Shown: one piece after another, positions 1 through 8,033 of the stretch
Layout of the letters: every line of letters starts with the position of its first letter
How positions within the stretch are numbered: the first letter of the stretch is position 1
Source of the DNA: Myxococcota bacterium
GTDB lineage: Bacteria; Myxococcota; JACRCW01
Assembly: GCA_040752415.1 (NCBI GenBank)
Contig: JBFMGU010000177.1
Span: 1-22,444 of the forward strand
Reading direction: 5' to 3'
DNA: 22,444 nucleotides
Notes under the pieces: generated by a model
What the model saw: only the letters and a program-made list of their open reading frames with translations
What the model was told of the DNA's origin: nothing
The model's database searches: none
Made by a program: the position numbers and the translations under genes

Positions 1-161
1 CGCCCCTGTTCCTGTTCTCCAGCCTGCTCAATGGCGGAAACCACACTCGTTTCCACTACTTGCATCTCGGTGCGCACCACCTCAGTTTTGACCGCCAGTT
101 TCCTAAACTGTAGGCCACGTGTTCGAACCAGAAGCCGCACGAGCCGCTGGCGCGGTAACCC

Positions 162-1409
162 TCACCCCAGCCCCAGCGGCAACCTCACCGTGAAACACGC
201 CCCCTGCCCCGGCGCGCTCTCGACGGTGATGGCGCCCCCGTGCGCCTCCACGATGTGTCGCGCCACGTACAGCCCCAGCCCCAATCCGCGGTAGCTGGTG
301 ACGTCGGTGGCGCGCTCGAAGCGGCCGAAGATGCGCTCCTGATCCTGCGGCGCAATGCCGGGACCGTGGTCGCGCACGGTGATGACGGCGTGCTCACCTG
401 TGCGCGTGCTGGCCACCTCCACCGGGTGCCCCGCGCCAAACTTGGCCGCGTTGTCGACGAGGTTCCGCACCACCTGCCCCAGCCGCACCGGGTCCCACGC
501 CCCGCGGATGCCCGGCTCCGTGCTGACCTCCACCGGCGTGACGTGGTTGGCCCGCACCTGCGCCACCGCCAGCAGCACCAGCTCCGAGAGGTCCACGTCC
601 TCCTCGGGTTTCACCGTGAGTCGCCCCAGGCGGATGCGTGAGGCGTCCAGCATGTCCTCGGCCAGGCGCCCCAGCCCCGCCAGCTGTCGCTGCGAGACGT
701 CCAGGTAACGCACCAGCGCGTCCTCCTGCGGGTGCCCGCGGAACGCCCCCGACGACACCAGCTTGCGCAGCACGTGCATCTGCAGCGTCAGCGGCGTGAC
801 CGGCGTGCGCAGCTCGTGGGCGGCCATGGCAATGAACTCGTCGCGCAGGGCCAGCTGGCGTTGCAGCTCGTCGCGCGCGGCGCGCGTCTCGTCCAGGGAG
901 CTCTTGAGACTCTGCAGCAGCTGCACGTTCTGCAGGGCCACCGCGGTGCTGTGCGCCAGGGATTGCAGCAGCTTCACCTCGTGCGGCTGGGCGCGGTGGT
1001 GGCTGGCCCAGTAGTTCCCGATGGCGCCAATGGGCTGCTCGGTGCGGATGGGCACCATCACCAGGCTCTTGACGAACGTGGGGCGGTACGCGTCGGCGGG
1101 AATGCGCGGGTCCTGGTAGATGTCCTCCAGCGCCACGGGCTGCGCGTTCAGCATGGCCCAACCGCTGATGCAGGAGGTGATGGGGAAACGCTTGCCGCGC
1201 CACAGCGGGCCAATGGCGTCCTCCTCCACGTAGTGGCACAGGTCGCCCTCGCGCAGCACGAAGGTGGCTCCGTCGGCGCCGGTGAGCCTGCGCGCCGCCT
1301 TCCGCACCACGTCCACCACCGTGTCCAGGTCGGGCGCCAGGGAGAGCTGCTGCACCACCTCCACCAGGTGCTCCATGCCCTGCGCGTACGCCTCCGAGTC
1401 CGAGGTCAC
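162..1409 (-). CDS. GAF-domain sensor histidine kinase (GAF-HisKA-HATPase), about 415 aa
   Basis: GAF region (GADGATFVLREGDLCHYVEEDAIGPLWRG...SLVMVPIR), H-box MAAHELRTP, N-box NLVDNAAKF, G1 DHGPGI, G2 GLGLGL. Start reassigned to GTG 1409, overlapping the upstream TGA (GTGA 1406-1409); the track's longer N-terminus is an off-frame read of the receiver gene. Confidence 0.93.
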   Translation of the reverse strand: MTSDSEAYAQGMEHLVEVVQQLSLAPDLDTVVDVVRKAARRLTGADGATFVLREGDLCHYVEEDAIGPLWRGKRFPITSCISGWAMLNAQPVALEDIYQDPRIPADAYRPTFVKSLVMVPIRTEQPIGAIGNYWASHHRAQPHEVKLLQSLAHSTAVALQNVQLLQSLKSSLDETRAARDELQRQLALRDEFIAMAAHELRTPVTPLTLQMHVLRKLVSSGAFRGHPQEDALVRYLDVSQRQLAGLGRLAEDMLDASRIRLGRLTVKPEEDVDLSELVLLAVAQVRANHVTPVEVSTEPGIRGAWDPVRLGQVVRNLVDNAAKFGAGHPVEVASTRTGEHAVITVRDHGPGIAPQDQERIFGRFERATDVTSYRGLGLGLYVARHIVEAHGGAITVESAPGQGACFTVRLPLGLG

Positions 1410-1792
1410 CGGGCCCCTCGCTGCGCGAGCCGGTGCACCACGCGGAAGAGCGCCTCCGGGTCCACCGGCTTCTCCATCACCACGTCGGCGCCCAGCCCGC
1501 CGGCGCGGTCGGCAAACGCGGTCAGCACCACCACCGGGATGCCCTGGCGCTCGGCGTCGGCGCGCAGCGCGGCCAGGAACTCCCCGCCGTTCATCACCGG
1601 CATCATCAGGTCCAGCAGGATCACCGCCGGCCGGGGCGCGCTGGTCAGGGTGGTCCACGCGGCGCGGCCGTTCTCCGCGGTCAGCACCTGGAATCCCTCC
1701 AGCTCCAGCACGCTGCGCAGCGACTCGCGGATGTCCTCCTCGTCGTCAACCACCAACACGCGCGGCGCGCCCACCGCCCCCGTCGTGCGCAT
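1406..1792 (-). CDS. Single-domain response regulator (CheY-like receiver)
   Basis: VLVVDDE, phosphoacceptor ILLDLMMPVMNG, VVVLTA, EKPVD; no output domain. Start uncertain (ATG 1792 or 1828). Confidence 0.92.
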   Translation of the reverse strand: MRTTGAVGAPRVLVVDDEEDIRESLRSVLELEGFQVLTAENGRAAWTTLTSAPRPAVILLDLMMPVMNGGEFLAALRADAERQGIPVVVLTAFADRAGGLGADVVMEKPVDPEALFRVVHRLAQRGAR

Positions 1793-1973
1793 CCCCGTGG
1801 TCTGCTCCGCGCCCGGAGGGTGCAACATCACGTCCGCCGATGAAGCCCCCGCGCGCCTTGGCACCACCTCCCCCCACACACTCCCCGTACCCAGCTTTGC
1901 CACGACGGAAATCTCCTTGGCTCCCCCGGAAACCCCAACGAGCCACCGACGACGTTGCAGCCCAGCTCCGCAC

Positions 1974-2594
1974 TCACAGCGGGTTCCGGCCGGTCACCGC
2001 GGGCTGGACCACCTTCAACAGGCCGGAGGAGATGTCATAGACCCAACCGTGGATGCGCGGCAGTTCCACGTCCCTCTCCCACGCCTCACGCACCATGCTG
2101 AGGTGGCAGAGATGCTTGACCTGGAGCTTCACGTTCTCCTCGACCACCAGCTTGAGGAACTCCTCGCGCGGGAGCTTGTCCTTCTCGGGCCCCAGCCGCT
2201 GGTCCACCCAACGCCGGGCCCAGGCGGTGATCATGAGCCAGTCGCCGATGTAGCCGGTCTTCATCTTCTCGGCGCATGCCGCGGCCACGCCGCCGCACTG
2301 GTAGTGGCCGCACACCACGATGTCCTGCACCTTCAACGCCTCGACGGCGTACTGCACCACCGCGGCGATGTTGATGTCGTTGTAGGCCACCACGTTGGCC
2401 ACGTTGCGGTGGATGAACAGCTCCCCGGGCCCACAGTGCAGGATCTGCTCGGCGGGAACCCGGCTGTCCGAGCACCCGATCCACAGGAGCCGCGGCTTCT
2501 GCCCGTCGATGTGGCGGGTGAAATACTCCGGGTCCACGGCCACCTTCTCGGCCGCCCAGCGTCGGTTCTTCTCCAGCAGGTCATCCAGGTACAT
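1974..2594 (-). CDS. can: Beta-class carbonic anhydrase, 206 aa
   Basis: WIGCSDSRVP, GELFIHRNVAN, VCGHYQCGG zinc-ligand motifs and IHGWVYDISSG. ATG 2594 follows GGGAGG; the track's extension to 3122 is not protein-like. Confidence 0.95.
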   Translation of the reverse strand: MYLDDLLEKNRRWAAEKVAVDPEYFTRHIDGQKPRLLWIGCSDSRVPAEQILHCGPGELFIHRNVANVVAYNDINIAAVVQYAVEALKVQDIVVCGHYQCGGVAAACAEKMKTGYIGDWLMITAWARRWVDQRLGPEKDKLPREEFLKLVVEENVKLQVKHLCHLSMVREAWERDVELPRIHGWVYDISSGLLKVVQPAVTGRNPL

Positions 2595-3047
2595 GGGGCC
2601 CTCCCAAGCGCGCGAAGTGCTGTGCCAAATCCGCACCCGGCGCGTCAACGCCTTATTTGCGCCCCCACCTGGAGCAGGAGGGGAAGCTCCTGGGGTGAGC
2701 CCGGGGGCGGCCACCTGGTCAAACGGCATCTGCGGCGGGAACGCGCCACCTGCTTGCAGAGCCACCCGCCGAAACCCCAGCGGCAGCGCCAAAACGGCCC
2801 CGGGAAGGGCGCCAGCGGCTGCATTCCGTCCGGGGAGGGCTCCGCGCGCGCCGGGCGTGGAGGTCCGGGCCCAGCGCGCCCAACCCTTCCGGCCGACCAC
2901 GCGCCAGCGCCATCTTCCCGGAGATGCACACGGGACGCCGCCACCTTTCCCCAACGGGATCATTCCCTCTCGCCCATGCGCATGGTGGGCGCGGCAGGCT
3001 GCCTGTGCCGTGGCGTGACCGCCACAACGTCGCTGCCGTGCACTCAC

Positions 3048-3115
3048 GGCTGACCCGCCCTCCTTCGGCTTGGAGCCACATAGGACCAGATAGACACAGA
3101 TAGGCTGACCCGCCC
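3048..3115. repeat. 13-bp direct repeat enclosing three 10-bp-periodic heptamers
   Basis: GGCTGACCCGCCC at 3048-3060 and 3103-3115; CACATAG 3077, CAGATAG 3087, CAGATAG 3097. Confidence 0.6.
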
Positions 3116-3239
3116 ACCGCATCCGCTCGGCTCATCGTGACCGCGCCATCACGCTCCTGCACAATCCCGCTGCTCTCCACCTGCCCGAAGCCAGCGCGCT
3201 AACACCGCGCACTCCCGAAGAGCATGCACTGTTCCGGGC

Positions 3240-3870
3240 TTGTTGCTGGGGGACTCGCTGGCGTGTCCAGCCCATCCGACGCGGGCCCACCTGATCCACA
3301 CCGTCCTCCAGACGCGGCAGCCCACGGTGATGGGCAGCGTGACGAGGGAGTACCTGGCGTCACGGGCGCAGAGCCCGGAGCACCTGGAGCTGCTGCTGGC
3401 CGCGGACATCCATTCCCTGATGGCGGTTCCGCTGACCCGGGGCCGCTTCCTGGGCGTGATGCTGCTGGCGTCCTCCCAGCCATCGCGTCGCTACGGTCCC
3501 GAGGACTTGCGTCTCGCGGAGGAATTGGCCAGCCGCGCCGCGCACGCCCTGGAGTACGCGCGCCTCTACCGCGCCGCGCACGAAGCCATTACCGCGCGTG
3601 ACAACGTGCTGGCGATCGTCTCCCATGACCTGAAGACGCCGCTCTGCGCCATCCAGCGGAGCACACACCTGCTGATGCGCAACGACGCCCACGGCAAGGA
3701 CCTGGCGTCCCTGAAACATGTCCGGGCAATCTGATCGTCGAGCACACGCATGCAGCAGCTCATCGACGGTCTGCGCGACGCAGGAATGATCGAGGCGGGT
3801 CAGTTCACCGTCGACCCGGCGCGGGCGGAGGTGCGTGACCTGCTGGAAGCGGTGGTGCAGGATTGCCTCC
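3240..3870 (+). pseudogene. Decayed GAF-HisKA histidine kinase fragment
   Basis: Partial GAF (SLMAVPLTRGRFLGVMLL...DLRLAEELASRAAHALE), H-box IVSHDLKTPL, in-frame TGA at 3732-3734, then same-frame HisKA continuation (RMQQLIDGLRDAGMIEAGQF...VRDLLEAVV). No HATPase motifs follow. Ends approximate. Confidence 0.8.
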
Positions 3871-4036
3871 TGACGGTGTCACCGTTCACGACGACGAGGG
3901 AACCATCACCTGTGCGTCTTCGAGTGCGCGGGACAATCACCGAGCACCTGCACGGACGAGAAACTGCGAGCAACATCCCGGTAGGCGCGCCGTCTCATCG
4001 CGGTCTGCCCGGCGCGCTGGTGACCGCGCGCAACCT

Positions 4037-5599
4037 TCAGGGGCAATGTTGCGGTTGCGCGCCATTGCCCTCATCCACCAGGTACCAACCCTCCACCACG
4101 TGGCCGAGCAGCAGGTGCTCCTCGCACGAGCTCGTCGGCGCAAGGTCGGTGAAGTCATCCTCCCGCACGAAGAGCCACGCAAAGAGCGGCGTGCGTGCAT
4201 AGCCCAGCGCGCATTGCATGTTCCCCGCGCTGATGGGCCCGCCCGGCATGGAGCCGGAACACTGCGGCGCGTTGACGCCCACGCCAATCACGCTGTCCGG
4301 ACTGCCGCACGGGTCGTTGTCCGCCAGGAACCCGATGCGCACGCGCTGCACCAGCCCGTTGGTGGGATTGGGAGCGTTGTTCACGCCTTCGCGGTTGCAG
4401 TTCGCCTGGAGCCGCGGGTCGGGCACCAATGCTTCCCAGGCGGCGCGCCCCGCACTGGTGGCGACGAGCTGCCCGCCCGCAAGCGCCACCGCCAACGACG
4501 AGGCGGCACCGGGCCAGGCCAGCGGCGACACCAGGACTCCCGGATGCACGCGGTCGGGCAGCACCTCCGTCTCCAACCGGATCTGCGCCGCCGGGATGTC
4601 GTGGAAGGACGCCAGCAGCGCTTCCTGGTGGTCCCGGTCGGCGGCCTGGGGCTGGTGGGTGGTACCTGCCGTCCAGAGCTGCGAGTTGTATCCGAAGGTC
4701 AGTTCCTCACCATCCACCTTCAGCGCCAACGTCCACCCGCCCCCGTCCGACGTCATGTCACAGTACGCCGAGAACGGCGCGCTGCCTTCCGGTCCGTCGA
4801 CGTCCAGCACGTACACGCCCGGAGTCTGCTCCCCCGCCGAATTCAGCAGCATGGCGCAGCTCCGGTTGGAATACACCAGGACCGGCACATCCACGTCGAC
4901 ACGCAACCCGGTGGCGTCGGTGGCCATCAAGCGGAAGGCATCCGGTCCCACGAAGGAACCGGTGGCAGCGTAACGGAGCGTGAATCCCCCGGCCACGTCG
5001 CCCAACACCGCCGCCACGCCGTGCGCGGGCTGCTCCGTTACGTTCACCTGCCGCAGGTCTCCGTCGGGATCGGTGACGGTCAGGGAGACCTCCACGGTGT
5101 CGTCCATGGGCACCTTCACGCGGAACGGAGCCACGTCGGGCGGACTGCCGGGCGCACCCGCGTCGCCACCGGTGGAAGAAGCGGTGGATGACGACGTGCC
5201 CGAAGTGACCGCGGACGAAGCTGCGGACGCCGCGCTGGACCCCGACGAGGAGGACGCCGTGGAGGACGCTCCCCCGCTGTCCGCCGACGTCGACGACGAT
5301 GAGGATGACGGTGATGATGTGGACAACGACGCGCCTCCGTCCGGCGCCGCGCCCGACGTTGACGACGCGCTGGTGGCAGTGGCCCGACACAGGCTGCCCA
5401 CACACACTTCGCCGCCCTCGCACTCGCCGGAATCGTCGCAGACGCGGTGGCACACGTCGTCTTCCGCGCAGCCGAACCCCGGTGCGCAGTCGCTGCCGTC
5501 CTCGCAGTTGTAGGTGCCCGCCAGCCGGCATGCGACGCCCGACGCGCCGAGCAGCGCCGCCATCATCACGCCCGCCAGGACTGGCCGCATGGGCGCCAT
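4037..5599 (-). CDS. Secreted/lipoprotein: 8-Cys module, Ser-rich linker, Ig-like domain, fibrinogen-like YCDxxxxGGGW domain
   Basis: Signal MAPMRPVLAGVMMAALLGASGVAC (imperfect lipobox), Cys module, poly-Ser linker, TDPDGD...QPAHG...FVGPDAF Ig-like pattern, SC...GVYVLDVDG...AYCDMTSDGGGWTL. Start ATG 5599 or 5590. Confidence 0.82.
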   Translation of the reverse strand: MAPMRPVLAGVMMAALLGASGVACRLAGTYNCEDGSDCAPGFGCAEDDVCHRVCDDSGECEGGEVCVGSLCRATATSASSTSGAAPDGGASLSTSSPSSSSSSTSADSGGASSTASSSSGSSAASAASSAVTSGTSSSTASSTGGDAGAPGSPPDVAPFRVKVPMDDTVEVSLTVTDPDGDLRQVNVTEQPAHGVAAVLGDVAGGFTLRYAATGSFVGPDAFRLMATDATGLRVDVDVPVLVYSNRSCAMLLNSAGEQTPGVYVLDVDGPEGSAPFSAYCDMTSDGGGWTLALKVDGEELTFGYNSQLWTAGTTHQPQAADRDHQEALLASFHDIPAAQIRLETEVLPDRVHPGVLVSPLAWPGAASSLAVALAGGQLVATSAGRAAWEALVPDPRLQANCNREGVNNAPNPTNGLVQRVRIGFLADNDPCGSPDSVIGVGVNAPQCSGSMPGGPISAGNMQCALGYARTPLFAWLFVREDDFTDLAPTSSCEEHLLLGHVVEGWYLVDEGNGAQPQHCP

Positions 5600-5741
5600 G
5601 TTAGCGCCCGGCAGCACGCAAGTGGGAGGGTAACGCCTGGGGCACCCATGACTTCGCGCCGGCCGTGTCCCTGGTGAAGGCTGCTGGCGGGATGTGCGCG
5701 GCCTGAACACGTCGACGAGTTGATCGGCGATGGCGAGGCCA

Positions 5742-8033
5742 TCAGTTGGCGCGCTCCACGCGGAGTGACAGCGGCGCCTCGGAGGTGGGAGCGAGCTGAG
5801 CGGCCACGTGCTCGAACGGCATCTCCGACGGGAAGACGTGGCCGCCGTCGGTGACCAACTCGGCGGGCACGGCGCTGAAATCCATGGGCAGGGCCAGCGC
5901 GGCCTCGGGAGGGGCGCGGGCGGGAATCTGGGGCGGTGCGCCGCGCGTGAGGAGGAGCTCCACCCGTCGGATGCCAAGGCCGTAGGCCACGCCCAACGCG
6001 CGAGCCACCCGCTGCCAGGACACGCGACGGTCCACCATCACCAGCAGCTGCACCCCGTCGGGGAGCGGAGCCTCCGCGCGCGCCAGGCGGTGGGAGAGGT
6101 CCAGCCCCAGCGCACCCAGACCCTCCGTCGACGACAGCGACGCGGTCAGCCCCACCCGCTGCGAGTCCAGCGCCACCACGTCGCGCCCCACGCGCAGGGA
6201 CGGCGCGAGGTGCGGCGACGGGAGCCCGGCGCGTGCCACCGGCGGATCGAGGTGGGCGAACAGCTCGAACATGGGAGTCAACGCCGCGCGCACCTCACTG
6301 CGACGCGTGGTCATCTGGCTGCGGATGGCCAGGTCGGTGGCGATCCACAGCAGCATCGTCGTCGCGAGCAGCGCCGTGCCGCGGTCGGGTTGCCACACGC
6401 TGCGGCCCACGCGCCGGAGGCGGAGCGCGGAGAAGGCCAGCGTGGTGAGGAGGGCCAGCGTGGAGAGCGTGGTGGTGGCGGTCATCTCCGCGTTGGCGGC
6501 AAGCATCTCGAGCACGCGCGCGGCCCGGGTGTCCTGCCAGGACCAGAGCACGGCCTCCCGCGCCTCCACGCGCGCATGCGCGGCCACCGCGGCCATTCCC
6601 ACCACGAGCAACCGGTGCAACGCGAAGGGCAGCTCCTCCCGCACCGACCGGCTCGTCGACGACACCAGCACGTGCGCGAGCGCCGCCAGGCCCATCACCA
6701 GCGCGCCGGAGGGAGCGCCCAGGAGGACCGCACAGAGCGCGAGCACGCCGAGCACCGCGGCCACCCAGCGTCCTTCCCGGCGCGCCGTGTGATCCACCGG
6801 CCCCGACGCGGTCACCAGCGCGGCCAGCAGCAATCCCGACGAGAGACCGAATCCCACGAAGCGGTTCACGCTGGCCTCGCCCAGTCCCTCGTTGAACACC
6901 TCGAAATGTCGCGCGGGGTCCAGCTCCGGCAGCTTGCTCACGATGGCGAGGTAGCCGGTCCACGTCCCGGTAGCGCCGAGCGCGGCGGGCATGAGCGCGG
7001 AGACGGGAACCGAGGTCTGCCTCCGACGAGCCAGGTGCACCGCCCCGACGAGGAACGCCATCACCGTGGGCCAGAACGCGTACCCGGCGAGGTGGGCCCA
7101 CAACCGCGGGTCGTGCGAACCGGCGTGCCCCGCGGCCAGCAGCGCCAACGGCGCCACCGCCGCCATCCCCAAGCGGGTCAGCACCGGCGCGGCGGGCGCG
7201 GCCACCGTGACCCCGAGCGCGGCGTCCACGGCTTCCATCCACATCGCCACCGAGGGGAACCGCGCCGCGGGGTCCTTGGCCAAGCCACGCGCCAGCACGC
7301 CTTCCAGCGCGTCGTCCACATCGACACCAAGCGAGCGCAGCGACGGCGGCACCGCGGAGAGATGAGCCTGCATCACCGCCACGTAGGCGTCTCCGTCGAA
7401 GGGCGGGCGCCCGGCGAGCATCTCGAAGAAGACGGCGGTGAGCGCGTACTGGTCGCTGGCGGGCCCCACGTCCCTGTTCCACCACTGCTCGGGCGGCATG
7501 TAGTGCGGGGTGCCCAGCGGAATTCCCGTGCTGGTGAGCCGCTCCGCGGGCGCGTGGGTGCGGGCCAGGCCGAAGTCGAGCAGCCGCGGCGCGTCGCTCT
7601 CGTCGAGGAAGATGTTCTCCGGCTTGATGTCGCGGTGGATGACGCCGGCCTGGTGCACGGTGGAAAGCGCCAGCGCCACCGGTCGCAAGAGCTGCCAGGC
7701 GCGTTGCGGTGGAAGCGGACGGGCCAGCTCCGCGCGCAGGTTGCGACCCTTCAACAGCGGCATGACGTAGAACGGCCGCCCGTCGGGGAAGGTGCCCACG
7801 TCCAGCACCTGCACCAGGTTGGGATGACGCAGGGTGCGCAGCGTCTCCGCTTCCCGCTGGAACCGCGCGGCGGCCTGCGGCTCGTCGACGAGACCGGAGC
7901 GCAGCACCTTGAGCGCCACGTCCATCCCGTCGCTCTCCCGCGTGGCGGCGAAGACGGTTCCCACTCCGCCCTCCCCCACCGGCTCCCGCAGCCGATAACC
8001 GCGCACCACCTCGGGGAGCGTGGCGGTGCTCAT
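5742..8033 (-). CDS. Membrane Ser/Thr protein kinase with multi-TM region and ExbB-like/ExbD-like C-terminal half, 763 aa
   Basis: GEGGVG, VALK, HRDIKPEN, DFG, GTPHYMPPE; several hydrophobic helices after about aa 285. ATGA overlap with upstream gene (8030-8033). Kinase call is firm; ExbB/ExbD call is by-eye inference. Confidence 0.92.
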   Translation of the reverse strand: MSTATLPEVVRGYRLREPVGEGGVGTVFAATRESDGMDVALKVLRSGLVDEPQAAARFQREAETLRTLRHPNLVQVLDVGTFPDGRPFYVMPLLKGRNLRAELARPLPPQRAWQLLRPVALALSTVHQAGVIHRDIKPENIFLDESDAPRLLDFGLARTHAPAERLTSTGIPLGTPHYMPPEQWWNRDVGPASDQYALTAVFFEMLAGRPPFDGDAYVAVMQAHLSAVPPSLRSLGVDVDDALEGVLARGLAKDPAARFPSVAMWMEAVDAALGVTVAAPAAPVLTRLGMAAVAPLALLAAGHAGSHDPRLWAHLAGYAFWPTVMAFLVGAVHLARRRQTSVPVSALMPAALGATGTWTGYLAIVSKLPELDPARHFEVFNEGLGEASVNRFVGFGLSSGLLLAALVTASGPVDHTARREGRWVAAVLGVLALCAVLLGAPSGALVMGLAALAHVLVSSTSRSVREELPFALHRLLVVGMAAVAAHARVEAREAVLWSWQDTRAARVLEMLAANAEMTATTTLSTLALLTTLAFSALRLRRVGRSVWQPDRGTALLATTMLLWIATDLAIRSQMTTRRSEVRAALTPMFELFAHLDPPVARAGLPSPHLAPSLRVGRDVVALDSQRVGLTASLSSTEGLGALGLDLSHRLARAEAPLPDGVQLLVMVDRRVSWQRVARALGVAYGLGIRRVELLLTRGAPPQIPARAPPEAALALPMDFSAVPAELVTDGGHVFPSEMPFEHVAAQLAPTSEAPLSLRVERAN

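Noticed and set aside
1..65. Possible 5' end of a minus-strand gene (MQVVETSVVSAIEQAGEQEQG)
   Set aside because: Only 21 codons visible at the window edge; unsupported.
2612..2627. Sigma-54 promoter TGGCACAGCACTTCGC before the carbonic anhydrase
   Set aside because: Spacing is GG-N11-GC rather than N10 and it leaves almost no leader before the RBS.
3732..3734. Selenocysteine or recoded TGA
   Set aside because: Not a Cys-type position, other genes here use TGA as stop, and the gene is also truncated.
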